A stretch of DNA of 64,000 nucleotides from the IMG/VR virus record IMGVR_UViG_2513237100_000001, positions 1 through 64,000 of that record; one strand, 5' to 3'. Source of the stretch: a virus (lineage: Duplodnaviria; Caudoviricetes). The stretch's first letter is position 1. The number at the start of each line of letters is the position of its first letter. The notes under the pieces were generated by a model. It saw only the letters and a list, made by a program, of their open reading frames with translations, was not told where the DNA came from and made no database searches. Positions 26,765 through 36,038 of this stretch are shown piece by piece. The position numbers and the translations under genes are program-made.

Positions 26765-27783
26765 GCGGCAGGCTCCAGAACAGTCGGGATACGGCGAGAG
26801 CGTGAAGTGCGGGAAGAGTGGGCCGGTCCCGCGACGATGGCGGGGGCGGCGGCCGTCGAGGACACGGCCAGTACAACCGAGGTGTCGCCGGTGACCGTGA
26901 CAGCCAGCAGCAGTTGCTCGTACGCGGCACGAAGCCGGGCCCGGAACCCTCGGCGCGGCGGAACCGTGGCAGGAAGCACAGGCACGGGGCGGCCGGCCAG
27001 GCGGCGGGGGCCGCGCGGCATGTCCTCCATACCCGGCAGCACCAACTGGGGGCCCACCGTGCGGGTCGGTGGGGCGATACGGCGCTGCCGCACCCCGTCC
27101 ACCGTCGGGGCCGCCGCGTACGGCATCGGCCCGTCCGGGCGGATCCGCATCGACCGGGGCAGCAGCCCGTGCTCGACCGCGGCGGCGAGCAGTTGGTCGC
27201 GGGTTGCTCGTTCCCGGTCCAAGCCGAGCATGCCGACGAGCGCGGACCGGTGCCAGTTCGCGGTCCGTAGGTCCATGCTCGCCCGGTAGGCGACCGCCTC
27301 CGGGTCGGTGTTGCGGGCCAGGGCGGCGAGGACGGCCCGCTTCTGCGGTGTGCGGGCATCGTCCAAGCTCCGCACCGTGGGCGTCGCTTCGGTGGCCGCC
27401 GTGCCCGTGCCGACCGTCGCAGCATGCCGGCGGGCGATCAGTGCCCGGTGCCTGGCGAGAGCCAACTCCCCACCCATCACGCCTTCCGGCTCGACAAGGT
27501 GCTCGACACCAGCCTCGTCCAGCGTCGTGGTGTTCGCGTACGTACGGCAGGCGGCCAGGACAGGGCACCGCTTGCAGATCGCCAGGGCGGCACGCTCCCG
27601 GGCCCGGCGAACCCGCTGCGGCTCCGCACCGTCATCCGTGTACGGGCCCCACGCGTCGATCGGCACACCCGGGTCCGCGGCCGACACCCGCGGGTCGTCC
27701 GGGTCGCCGGCGCAGCCCCGGTACTTGTAGTGCCGGTCATCGACCAGGTGTTGCCGGGCGGTGATCGCGTCCATGGTGGTCAT
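26761..27783 (-). CDS. Divergent WhiB-like protein with long C-terminal region
   Basis: RGC...ICKRCPVLAAC...GVMGG. Confidence 0.75.
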   Translation of the reverse strand: MTTMDAITARQHLVDDRHYKYRGCAGDPDDPRVSAADPGVPIDAWGPYTDDGAEPQRVRRARERAALAICKRCPVLAACRTYANTTTLDEAGVEHLVEPEGVMGGELALARHRALIARRHAATVGTGTAATEATPTVRSLDDARTPQKRAVLAALARNTDPEAVAYRASMDLRTANWHRSALVGMLGLDRERATRDQLLAAAVEHGLLPRSMRIRPDGPMPYAAAPTVDGVRQRRIAPPTRTVGPQLVLPGMEDMPRGPRRLAGRPVPVLPATVPPRRGFRARLRAAYEQLLLAVTVTGDTSVVLAVSSTAAAPAIVAGPAHSSRTSRSRRIPTVLEPAA

Positions 27784-28076
27784 GCGGGGTCCCCCTCGTG
27801 CGGGTGGTGCGGGTAGTGCGGTGTGCGGGCCAGTTCCGCGGTGACAATCCGGTCGGCCTCCGCGAGTACCTGGCCTTCGAGCTCGGCCGCCCGGTGCTCG
27901 GCAACCAGACCAGCAATCCGGGCTTGGAACGCGTCCATGTCCCGGTGGTCCGCGGCCCGCGTCAGGCGGACCGCGGCACGCTCCATACGGATCAGGTGCC
28001 GCAACTGGCGGACCCTCCACCAAGCGGCGGCCGCCAGGGTCAGGGCGCACGTGGCGCCCAGCAGAATCAGGTACAT
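27780..28076 (-). CDS. N-terminal TM plus coiled-coil protein
   Basis: GGAGGAGG RBS, MYLILLGATCALTLAAAAWW. Confidence 0.7.
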   Translation of the reverse strand: MYLILLGATCALTLAAAAWWRVRQLRHLIRMERAAVRLTRAADHRDMDAFQARIAGLVAEHRAAELEGQVLAEADRIVTAELARTPHYPHHPHEGDPA

Positions 28077-28120
28077 CGGTGTCGCCTCCTCCATGTCGGG
28101 GCGCCGAAACGGGCGTGTGG

Positions 28121-28267
28121 TCACCGGCGGGGGTGCCGGTCGGGCCGGTAGCGGGCGTACTCCTCGGGCAGCGGCGGCATACGGCCCGCCGCGTGCCGCC
28201 ACCACGCCACCGCGAACGGGGCGGCCAGCAGCAGGAACACGACGACCAGAACTACGGCGACGGCCAC
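28121..28267 (-). CDS. Small membrane protein
   Basis: AAGGAGG RBS, hydrophobic N-terminus. Confidence 0.6.
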   Translation of the reverse strand: MAVAVVLVVVFLLLAAPFAVAWWRHAAGRMPPLPEEYARYRPDRHPRR

Positions 28268-28346
28268 CAGGGCCTCCTTCGCGGTGCGGGGAACAGAACG
28301 GCCGGCCCCGGGACGGGACCGGCCGGTGGTGCAGCGGGTGTGCGAG

Positions 28347-28940
28347 TCAGGCGATGTGTGTCCAGCCGTGCCCGTTGACAATGCGAGAGACGGTTGGGCG
28401 ACTTATGCCGTACTCAGCGGCCAGCACTCGCTGGAGCTCGCCAGCCGCGGCGCGGGCCCGGATCTGCAACACCTGAGCGACCGTGAGGCGAGCCTGCCCG
28501 TTAACTTCCCCGGTGTTCCCTCGCCCCTTGGCGTCCCGGTCGGCGGCGTTGTCTGCCTTGGTCCCCAGAAACAGATGGGACGGGTTCACGCATGGCGGGT
28601 TGTCGCAGCGGTGCAGCACGCAAAGCCCCTCCGGGGCCCGGCCGTCGAGAAGGACAGAGACCCGGTGCGCTTTGATCGTTGGGCCGGTCCGCTGACCCTC
28701 GGGGCGCATCACGCCGTACCCGTGCTCGTTCAGGGCTGCGGTCCACTCCCAGCACTCGTCAGGGCTCCGCTTGTCGACCTTCGCCCAGAAGCGATCGGCC
28801 AGGGTCTGTTTGGCGGGGGCGTCCGTAGTGCCGGTGCGCTTGAGCCTGCCCAGGTGCATTTCGCATAGCCCGCGCCCCTTATGGGGGCGGGAGCAGCCGT
28901 CAAGGCTACACAGGCGGGGCGTGTTGTACTTCGCTGGCAT
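28347..28940 (-). CDS. HNH endonuclease (homing-type)
   Basis: RFWAKVDK..CWEW..AHR..LHRCDNPPCVNPSHLFLGT..DN; C-terminal HTH. Confidence 0.93.
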   Translation of the reverse strand: MPAKYNTPRLCSLDGCSRPHKGRGLCEMHLGRLKRTGTTDAPAKQTLADRFWAKVDKRSPDECWEWTAALNEHGYGVMRPEGQRTGPTIKAHRVSVLLDGRAPEGLCVLHRCDNPPCVNPSHLFLGTKADNAADRDAKGRGNTGEVNGQARLTVAQVLQIRARAAAGELQRVLAAEYGISRPTVSRIVNGHGWTHIA

Positions 28941-29824
28941 CAGGCAGCGCCCCTCTCGGTGTTGTGGCCGTTCGCGGTGGCCTGGTTCAGGAAGGTGATC
29001 TGCTCGTTCAGCAGGGTGCGCAGCGTCTGGCGGCCGTTCGGACCGTCGACTTCCTCGTCGGCGACCTTGTGCTTCTCGGCGTCCGCGAGGACCTGGGAGA
29101 GGGCGATGGCGTTGGCCCAGCAGGTCTTCGCCTGGCCGACGAGCCGGCCAACGTGGCTGCCAGGCCCAGTGTCGGGCTTCGAAGGCTTCTGCCGTGCTGG
29201 TGCGGTCGTGGGCGCATCCTCGGTGTCCAGAGACGCACCCCCGGACTCCACGATCTCCAGGTCCGACGACGTCCACAGGTCCAGAGCCATCCCGAAGCGC
29301 ATCCCCGCGTTCCGGATCGCGTCGCCGATGACCTCCTTCACCGCGTCGCCACCCGTCTTGTCGCCGGCGTGCCCGTACCCCAGCCGGGACATGCCGCACA
29401 CTGTCAGGCGGATCCACAGACCGCGGTACCCGTCGACCTGCGGCAGCCCCCGCTCGTCGACCGTCAGGGGCTCCCAGTCCCAGAACGGGTCCACGTTCAG
29501 GAGGCGGTTCGTCGCTTCGGCGTGGCCGACGAACTTGAGGTCGATGTGCCCGTTCCTCGGCATGCGCTGCTTGCACTTGTCGCACGGGCCGTAGGTGTGC
29601 TGGTTGCAGCCCTTACCGCGAGAGTCCTTGCATGCCCTGCACCACACGCGCGGCAGGTACCGGACTTCGGCGGGGAGGAACGGCTCACGGAGCTTGTGGA
29701 GAGCTTCGATCTGCTCGGCCCGGGTGTACCCGAAGGTGTTCGACGGGCGGGTGTCGGCCTGGTTTTGGGTGTGCGTGGTGGGGCCCTCCGCCATGGTGGC
29801 GGGGGCCTCAGTGGTGGTAGCCAC
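28940..29824 (-). CDS. Rad52/Sak-like single-strand annealing recombinase
   Basis: LREPF..FVGHAEATNRL..WIRLTVCG..GYG..KEVIGDAIRNAGMRFGMALDLW. Confidence 0.85.
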   Translation of the reverse strand: MATTTEAPATMAEGPTTHTQNQADTRPSNTFGYTRAEQIEALHKLREPFLPAEVRYLPRVWCRACKDSRGKGCNQHTYGPCDKCKQRMPRNGHIDLKFVGHAEATNRLLNVDPFWDWEPLTVDERGLPQVDGYRGLWIRLTVCGMSRLGYGHAGDKTGGDAVKEVIGDAIRNAGMRFGMALDLWTSSDLEIVESGGASLDTEDAPTTAPARQKPSKPDTGPGSHVGRLVGQAKTCWANAIALSQVLADAEKHKVADEEVDGPNGRQTLRTLLNEQITFLNQATANGHNTERGAA

Positions 29825-29911
29825 GAGGTCTCTTTCCTCTATGCGGTGGAAACGCTGTGCTGCGGGTGTGGGCCCTGTGTCGGCATTGCAGACCCCACAC
29901 CCGCCGGGTGC

Positions 29912-30754
29912 CTACTCGGCGGTGCTCGGGTCGATGCCGTACTCGGCCAGCAGGTACGCCAACCCGATCTGCATCGGCGTCAGCCCCTCCGCCTTGGCCT
30001 TGACCTCGTCGAACAGGTCATTGTTCGGGTTGACCTTCATCGGGACCATGTCCGCGTCCGCCGACCACACCGGGGCGGTCGCGGTGAACTCGCCGACGAG
30101 GAACCGGTCGAAGCCCGCCTCGATCTCCGTGGTCACGTTCTTCCCAGCGTCCGCGACCCGGGACCGGATCAGATCCCGGACGGGGCGCGGCACCTGTGGG
30201 GCGCGGGTCGCACCACTCGGCCGGACGGTGGTGTCCGCACCCGGGGCGTACGGGCCGGTCTCGTACGTGCGCATCAGCCAGTCCGCCGCCACGTGCATCG
30301 GCTTCACGCCGGTGTCCGCGACCCGCTGACGCAAGGCATCGTCGGGGCGGACGTTCAGATTTACCTTCTCCTCGCTGGTGCCGCGGCGGGCCCGCACCGG
30401 CGGGTTGGGGGTGAACGCCCCGGCGAGGTAGGCGGTGAACCCGTTGTTCACGTCGGCGGTCACCGTCCGGCCGGCCTGTTCGGCACCGGCGACGATGCGG
30501 TCCCGTGCGGTGACGGGGATGCGGATTGACAGGTTCTCGTCGACGTTCAGGGCGTCACGCAGCTCGTACGTGGACAGGGTGAGGACCGTGTCGACGTGCT
30601 CGGCGAGGTCGGGTGAGTTGACTTCGCGGAGTCGGGCGGAGGCGGCGGTGAGTCCGGCACGCAGGTTGCGGCGGGTGGGCACGGGGCGGGGTCCTCTCGG
30701 GGGACGCCCGCTTGTGCGGTTGTTGGGCGGGCGCTTGTTGGGGGCGTTGGCCAC
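29912..30754 (-). CDS. Putative repressor with four tandem ribbon-helix-helix-like units
   Basis: GGAGG RBS; repeated beta-alpha-alpha pattern (NLSIRIP, NLNVRP, RAPQVP, PMKVNP). Confidence 0.65.
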   Translation of the reverse strand: MANAPNKRPPNNRTSGRPPRGPRPVPTRRNLRAGLTAASARLREVNSPDLAEHVDTVLTLSTYELRDALNVDENLSIRIPVTARDRIVAGAEQAGRTVTADVNNGFTAYLAGAFTPNPPVRARRGTSEEKVNLNVRPDDALRQRVADTGVKPMHVAADWLMRTYETGPYAPGADTTVRPSGATRAPQVPRPVRDLIRSRVADAGKNVTTEIEAGFDRFLVGEFTATAPVWSADADMVPMKVNPNNDLFDEVKAKAEGLTPMQIGLAYLLAEYGIDPSTAE

Positions 30755-30831
30755 GCCAGGTTCCTCCAATCGTATTGCAGACGCCCGGACGGTTAGTGGG
30801 TATCTGCGCCGGGGCTGTCCCGACACCCAGA

Positions 30832-30861
30832 ACAATACCCGTTAACGTATTGCATAAGCAA
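30832..30861 (-). promoter_or_regulatory. Conserved promoter/operator (TTGCTT-N18-TATTGT)
   Basis: Spacer GCAATACGTTnnCGGG shared with 12174-12203. Confidence 0.7.
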
Positions 30862-30911
30862 GAGGGTTCATGGCATGGTGTTCCCAACGCCAAGACGACG
30901 CGGGGGACACG

Positions 30912-31310
30912 ATGCGACACACCAACCGGCAGACCGCCACCAAGACCCTCACCGACATCTACCGCAGCATCGACAAGGCCCAGGCGGTCACGATCACGTA
31001 CCTCGACGAGGACGGCACCGAGTCGGTGCGGACGATTGAGCCGTTTGATGTCCGCACCACCAAGTCCGGCCGCATTCAGGTCCGCGCAATGTGTCGACTC
31101 CGGGGCGAGGCCCGCTCCTTCTACCTCCACCGGATCGTGTCGTACACGCTGCACCGGATGGCGTTCGTCCTCGACCGGCCGGAGGCAACAACTGCGGCCG
31201 GGGCCGTCATCGTGGTGCGTAGCGCCGCACAGGTCATCGCCCGCGAACTCGGCCGGGACTACCTGCCCCGCACCGCCGTCACCCACTCAGACACCACGCT
31301 CGCCGCCTAG
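30912..31310 (+). CDS. Stand-alone WYL-domain protein
   Basis: VTITY..GTESVRTIEP..AMCRLRGEARSFYLHRI. Confidence 0.88.
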   Translation: MRHTNRQTATKTLTDIYRSIDKAQAVTITYLDEDGTESVRTIEPFDVRTTKSGRIQVRAMCRLRGEARSFYLHRIVSYTLHRMAFVLDRPEATTAAGAVIVVRSAAQVIARELGRDYLPRTAVTHSDTTLAA

Positions 31311-31319
31311 GAGGCACCT

Positions 31320-31604
31320 GTGAACCTGCCGGACATCACCGCCCCGGACATGACGGGTCCGGTTGTGTGGATCCTCTCCGAGGGTGAGATGCATGAGGGC
31401 GGCTCGATCCTCGGGGTCTACCTTGACCGCGACCTTGCCCGAGGCGCTCTCACCGCTGCCGCCCGGAAGCTGCACGACCGGTTCACGATCGATGATGCCC
31501 GTCAGGACGACGACGGTTCCATCCACGTCGAAGGTGGGTGCGACTGGATCGCTCTCGAACCGCACCCGGTTGTCACTGCGGCGCAGGTAGAGGCCGAGGC
31601 ATAG
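31320..31604 (+). CDS. Hypothetical protein
   Basis: AGGAGG RBS. Confidence 0.7.
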   Translation: MNLPDITAPDMTGPVVWILSEGEMHEGGSILGVYLDRDLARGALTAAARKLHDRFTIDDARQDDDGSIHVEGGCDWIALEPHPVVTAAQVEAEA

Positions 31605-31638
31605 CAAGGCCACCTCCTGTGCAGGGGGTGGCCTTGCT
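31603..31638. terminator. Long stem-loop terminator
   Basis: AGCAAGGCCACCTCCTG..CAGGGGGTGGCCTTGCT. Confidence 0.8.
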
Positions 31639-31714
31639 GCGGGCGTACCCGTCAGATAACGGTGATTGTACAAAAACAGGATCACATCCGCTACCCACAC
31701 CGGACACTGACCCC

Positions 31715-31909
31715 ATGACCAACCAACAACAACTCCACCTCGACACCCAAGCACCCGCCCACCGATACCGGTACTGCCGACGCTGCGGACGACCCCTCAC
31801 CGCCCCCGGGTCACGCTTCCGCGGCTTCGGGCCCGACTGCGACCCCACCCGGCACCCCACCGCTGCGGCCACCCGCGACATCGACCAAGACGCCCTGCCC
31901 GGCACCTAG
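31715..31909 (+). CDS. DUF6011-like Zn-finger protein
   Basis: CRRCGRPLT...S..RGFGPDC. Confidence 0.75.
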   Translation: MTNQQQLHLDTQAPAHRYRYCRRCGRPLTAPGSRFRGFGPDCDPTRHPTAAATRDIDQDALPGT

Positions 31910-31918
31910 GAGCCCATC

Positions 31919-32134
31919 GTGAGACCCCTGAACCCTCCAACCGAGACGGACGCCGTTGAAGGCGAGCAGGACCCCTTCGGGCCGTACGAGTTCGTCGAGA
32001 TCCATGATCGATGCCTCGGTGCGGAGGGGGACTGCGACTGGCAACGCTGCACCCAACGCCGGAGCACCTGCCGCTGCATGTGCCCCGCTTGCTGCGGCGA
32101 CACCCCCGACGTCTGGGGTGCACCCGTCTACTGA
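31919..32134 (+). CDS. Small Cys-rich protein
   Basis: AGGAG RBS. Confidence 0.55.
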   Translation: MRPLNPPTETDAVEGEQDPFGPYEFVEIHDRCLGAEGDCDWQRCTQRRSTCRCMCPACCGDTPDVWGAPVY

Positions 32135-33210
32135 CCCGGTGGTTCCAGCAGCGGGACCACGTCCACGGACCGGCGGATCTGCTCCATCGTCGTCGGCAAC
32201 GGCTCCCACCCATACTCGCCAGCCATCACCCAGTTCAACGCCGTGATCCCCCGCGCGTACGCCTGCCGCAACCCCTGCGCCCTGAGCGGAATCCCCGTCG
32301 GCCCCGCCTTCGACGGCGTCAGCGACACCCACAACGCCGACCGGCCGCCCATCAAGGGCACCTCATCAACCAGCCGCTCCCGAACCTCCAGCCAACGACG
32401 CACCGCCACCCGGGACCCTTCCCGCAACTCGAACCACTCCACCTCCGGCACCGGCGGCAACGCGGCCGCAACCTCCAGCACCCGGGCCTCCGCCGCCAAC
32501 GACCGGTCATGCCCCAGCCCCGACAAGACCTTCGCCACCGTCGACGGATGCAACCCCGTCACCGCGGCGACCTCACCGACCCGAGCCTCATCCCGCCGCT
32601 GCGACTGCCGGCGCACCCCAACCGCCACCAACCCCGGCGCCAGGTCGTCCAACGTCTGCCGGGCCAACTCCCCCGACCGCGGCGCCGCGTCCAGGAGAAC
32701 GGCGACCATCGCCAGCAGCCGAGCCCGGTCCTCCGGCGACAACGCCATCCCGTCCCGCTCCAGCGGGCCCCGACCGGCCAGGTCCACCATCCCCCGATAC
32801 AACGCCGCCAGCGACCGGCCGCCCACGGTCGGCTTGAGCTCGGGTACTTCCAGCTCCGGCAACCGCACCCGCCGACCCGCGGGCAACACCCGGGCGGCCA
32901 GAATCTCCAAGCAGTTACGAACCACCCGGAGCGTCGTTACCGGCAGCGGTTTCCCCACGTCCTTGTCCCAGTGCCGCAGCTCGCCGGCCGCAGCCAGGTC
33001 CCAGAACGGGCGCAGCGCCGCCCACGTGAACAACTGGGCGGCCGTACGCGAGGAGCGGGCCGGCATCTCGTCCCGGCCCACCGCCCGGTCGAACATGCCG
33101 ACAACCATCCGCAATTGCCGCAACCTGCCCTCGGACACCGTGCCCGCCATGCCGTCGACCACCGCGGCGAGCTGCCGCACCGATGCCGCGCTGTACTGCT
33201 TGGGGGTCAC
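32128..33210 (-). CDS. Tyrosine-recombinase-fold protein, apparently lacking the catalytic Tyr box
   Basis: RLLAMVAVLLDAAPRSGELA..LDDL; AVRRWL; LWVS; ends shortly after MEQIRRS. Confidence 0.7.
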   Translation of the reverse strand: MTPKQYSAASVRQLAAVVDGMAGTVSEGRLRQLRMVVGMFDRAVGRDEMPARSSRTAAQLFTWAALRPFWDLAAAGELRHWDKDVGKPLPVTTLRVVRNCLEILAARVLPAGRRVRLPELEVPELKPTVGGRSLAALYRGMVDLAGRGPLERDGMALSPEDRARLLAMVAVLLDAAPRSGELARQTLDDLAPGLVAVGVRRQSQRRDEARVGEVAAVTGLHPSTVAKVLSGLGHDRSLAAEARVLEVAAALPPVPEVEWFELREGSRVAVRRWLEVRERLVDEVPLMGGRSALWVSLTPSKAGPTGIPLRAQGLRQAYARGITALNWVMAGEYGWEPLPTTMEQIRRSVDVVPLLEPPGQ

Positions 33211-34355
33211 GTGGGCCCCTCGCTCTGGGCGGCGGCCTTCTTCGCGATCTGGGACAGCGGGTTGCGGTCCCCAGTGCTGTCCTCCTCGTCGATGTACCCG
33301 ATCAGGGCCTTCGACCGGTCGTCCCACCCGCCGTGCCGGCCGATGTCCACGATGTCAGCCCCCGCGGCACGGGCACTCTTCACCAGGCCGCGGCGCAGTG
33401 AGTGCGACGTCCACTTTCCTGGCAGGCCGGTGCGGTGGATGGACCGGCTGACGACGTCGGAGGCCCCGTTGATGCTCATCCGTCCGTCCGGGTCCCCGAT
33501 CGGCTCACCCTTGCGGGTCATCTCGGCACCCATGTATCCCCACTGGTCGATCCGCATGAACAGCGGCCCCTTGGTGTGCCCTTCGTGTGCGAGGGCTTCC
33601 ACGAGACTGCGTACAGCGGCGACGGTACACAGGTCGTGGTCCGGGTCAGGCTGGACTTCGACGTTCTGCCACTTCTTCCGCTTCTTCCGGTACACCCGCA
33701 CGGTGAACCCGCCTCCGGGCAGGTCGGTGAAGCTGCCCGGCCAGTTCAGCGGTGCGAGTTCGCTGCCTCGGGAGGCGATGGCGTGCCCGAGGAGCATGAG
33801 GGCGGCGTCCCGCTTCCCGACGAGGGTGTTCCGGTCGAGGTGGGCCAGGGCTTCGGAGAGGACGGTACGGTCGGCGGCCGTCGCCTTGTTCGGGGTCGCG
33901 GCCGGGTCCTGGGCTTCGGACAGTTCCCGCCGGTACCCGGCGACGACCTTGCGGGCCCCCATGGTGTCCGGCGGCTTGTACCCGGCGGCCCGGTGGGAGG
34001 AGCGGATCGACGCGATGATCCGGTCCATCGTCGCGGGCCCGTACGGCCGACCGGTTCGCTTGCGGGGCGTGCGCTTCAGGTAGGACAGGTATGCGGTGAC
34101 GGTCTGCGGCGCGGCGGGCAGGACCCGGCGGCCCACCTGCTCGCACCATTCGGCGAACTGCTTCATGTCGCCCTCGTACGCCCGGCTGGTGTCCTTCGGG
34201 ATGCCCGCCCTGACGTCCGCCTCGGCCTCGGGCGGCAGCCACGCGTCCGGGTCCTCCTTGGCCAGCGGAACAGCCGGGGCCCGGTCTTCAGGGATCGCGG
34301 GGAGCAGGTCACCCTCGATCAACTCCCCGTCCATCACGTTGTCGTGCTCGGTCAT
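33207..34355 (-). CDS. Cre-like tyrosine recombinase
   Basis: SAM-like N-domain; RDAALMLLG..SRGSEL; SHSLRRG; HGGW; GYI. Confidence 0.93.
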   Translation of the reverse strand: MTEHDNVMDGELIEGDLLPAIPEDRAPAVPLAKEDPDAWLPPEAEADVRAGIPKDTSRAYEGDMKQFAEWCEQVGRRVLPAAPQTVTAYLSYLKRTPRKRTGRPYGPATMDRIIASIRSSHRAAGYKPPDTMGARKVVAGYRRELSEAQDPAATPNKATAADRTVLSEALAHLDRNTLVGKRDAALMLLGHAIASRGSELAPLNWPGSFTDLPGGGFTVRVYRKKRKKWQNVEVQPDPDHDLCTVAAVRSLVEALAHEGHTKGPLFMRIDQWGYMGAEMTRKGEPIGDPDGRMSINGASDVVSRSIHRTGLPGKWTSHSLRRGLVKSARAAGADIVDIGRHGGWDDRSKALIGYIDEEDSTGDRNPLSQIAKKAAAQSEGPT

Positions 34356-34606
34356 CGGCGCAGCCGGATCGTTCGTGCCGCCCGGTGAAGATCCTGGGCC
34401 ATCGCCGCCTGCAACGCTGGCGTGTCCAAGACGAGCAAGCGCCCGGCAGGGCAGGCGGGACTCGTCATCACGGTGAGGACGGCATCCAGACCCTGCGATG
34501 CCACAGCATCGCGCACCTGTCCCTCGCGGTGAGGTTCGCAGACGAGGGTGCGCCGCGCGTCACCGATGGCCTGCGCGTAGAACTTGATCTCCTCCTCCAA
34601 GGTCAC
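34352..34606 (-). CDS. Hypothetical protein
   Basis: Coupled at both ends. Confidence 0.65.
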   Translation of the reverse strand: MTLEEEIKFYAQAIGDARRTLVCEPHREGQVRDAVASQGLDAVLTVMTSPACPAGRLLVLDTPALQAAMAQDLHRAARTIRLRR

Positions 34607-34995
34607 GGTCGCCAGCCTTCCTGGTAGTCCGGGTGGTCGGCGTACGGCAGAAGCTCGTACGGAAGTAGCGCGGACGCCAAGTCGTACGAGTCGTGCCCAG
34701 CCTCGATGGCGTCAGACAGTGCGGCAAGACGCTTGCGTGCAGCCTGCGTCTCCCTCAGCGTTCGAGCCGGATCCTGTTTCGCAATGTGCTCGGCCTGCTC
34801 CTCGCTTGGAGACCCCTCATCGAAAACAACCGCCTCCGTGAATACGTCGGCGTACTCCGGTGCGTTAGCGACGGACACGGGATAGCTTCCATCGGTTGTC
34901 CATTCGCCACTCAAGCCGTGGCGCGCACCCTCGGCGGTCCGCTCATCCTCGTCCAGACGTGACTGCCAGAACGCCAGCATTTCGGACTCGTTCAC
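34603..34995 (-). CDS. DUF6221-like protein (second copy)
   Basis: RLDEDE..HIAKQDPARTLRE..LPYADHPDYQEGWRP. Confidence 0.85.
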   Translation of the reverse strand: MNESEMLAFWQSRLDEDERTAEGARHGLSGEWTTDGSYPVSVANAPEYADVFTEAVVFDEGSPSEEQAEHIAKQDPARTLRETQAARKRLAALSDAIEAGHDSYDLASALLPYELLPYADHPDYQEGWRP

Positions 34996-35432
34996 GACCG
35001 TCTCCCCTGCTCTGATCTTTGACTCCATAGAAGGAACATTACCAACAGTGATAGGCATCACACTGCCCCGCGCGGACTGGCGCGCGGGGCAGTGTGGACG
35101 TCTGTGTGAATCTTCGCTGTGCGCGATCCTAAGGATCAGGCCCGGATGCACGGAGTGCGGATCACCTTGTTCTCGCCCTTGTCGCGCCCGCAGATCCGGC
35201 AGGCACTCTCTATTGGGTGCTCAGGGCAGAAGGGGCGACCTCGCGAGTCCTGCGACCATCCTGCGACCAGGCGGCGTACCGGAGTTCGCCGGACGCAGTC
35301 GTCGACCTGGCAGCACGCCTGGGGCTTCGAGAGGAAGGGGCTCATGCTTCCAGCGTGGCACGGATGCGTTGTCGCGCTGCCCCCGCTCAAGGCATGCGCG
35401 TGTCCACCATTGCGGGCGCTCGTTGCCACGGT

Positions 35433-35612
35433 ATGAACGAATTCACGCAGCAAGTGCAGGACGCGTACGACCGAGGCGGCAAGGGCGAGGCCCGAAAGGT
35501 CTTCCTGGACACGTGCCTTGAAAGGGACTGGACAAAGGACGAAATCGTCGAGGCCATCACGCTCTACAGGTCCTTCCCTATCAGGGAAGAGGCTGGCCAC
35601 GCGTCAGCCTAG
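35433..35612 (+). CDS. Small hypothetical protein
   Basis: Protein-like 59-aa ORF. Confidence 0.45.
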   Translation: MNEFTQQVQDAYDRGGKGEARKVFLDTCLERDWTKDEIVEAITLYRSFPIREEAGHASA

Positions 35613-35678
35613 CGGGCGCGCAGGGCCACCACGGCAGTACGGGGAACCACGGGCGGGACCACGTACCGAGCATCCGCG

Positions 35679-35837
35679 TCACGGGTACAGGAGCCGGGAC
35701 AGTGGCGTGGGGCGGGCCCCGGGTTCGTGCGGCCGGTCCGGCGGTTCGGGCTCGGCCGCTGGCGCCTCGGTGACGATCTGGTCGTGCGGGTCCAGGCTGG
35801 CGGGTTCCGTGGCCGGCTCGGCGTGGTTCGCGCTCAC
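35679..35837 (-). CDS. Small Pro-rich, possibly leaderless ORF behind a late-type box
   Basis: ACCAGGGGCAACA box at 35867-35879 and GACCGT -10 just before the GTG. Confidence 0.4.
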   Translation of the reverse strand: MSANHAEPATEPASLDPHDQIVTEAPAAEPEPPDRPHEPGARPTPLSRLLYP

Positions 35838-35995
35838 GACTCCACGGTCCCACTGTGCGGGCGGGATGTTGCCCCTGGTGGTCTGTCACGGCGCGGTAAA
35901 CGGGGAGGTGTTCCCCGGTTCTTCGCCAGGAGCGATCCTGCGGCGAGAGGGCGTGGAGTGCATTGGCGGGCGACACGCTGCATAACCCTTGGAAT

Positions 35996-36032
35996 CCTTG
36001 GGTTGCCAAACGTTACCTTGGGTTGCTAGCCT
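35996..36032 (+). promoter_or_regulatory. Promoter TTGCCA-N18-TAGCCT with direct repeats CCTTGGGTTGC
   Basis: Repeats at 35996-36006 and 36016-36026; leaderless ATG at 36039. Confidence 0.7.
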
Positions 36033-36038
36033 GATGGC

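Noticed and set aside
28347-28940. HNH gene as an intron- or intein-associated element
   Set aside because: Free-standing ORF coupled to the Sak stop; no interrupted host gene is evident
28964-34083. Long opposite-strand ORFs (e.g. 28964-30529, 32011-34083; likewise 48081-50480 and 58676-61150)
   Set aside because: Shadow ORFs expected in high-GC DNA, antisense to well-supported genes
33207-34355. Recombinase as a classical prophage integrase with attL/attR
   Set aside because: Cre-like with no evident arm-binding domain, located mid-genome, and no host junction or tRNA target in the window
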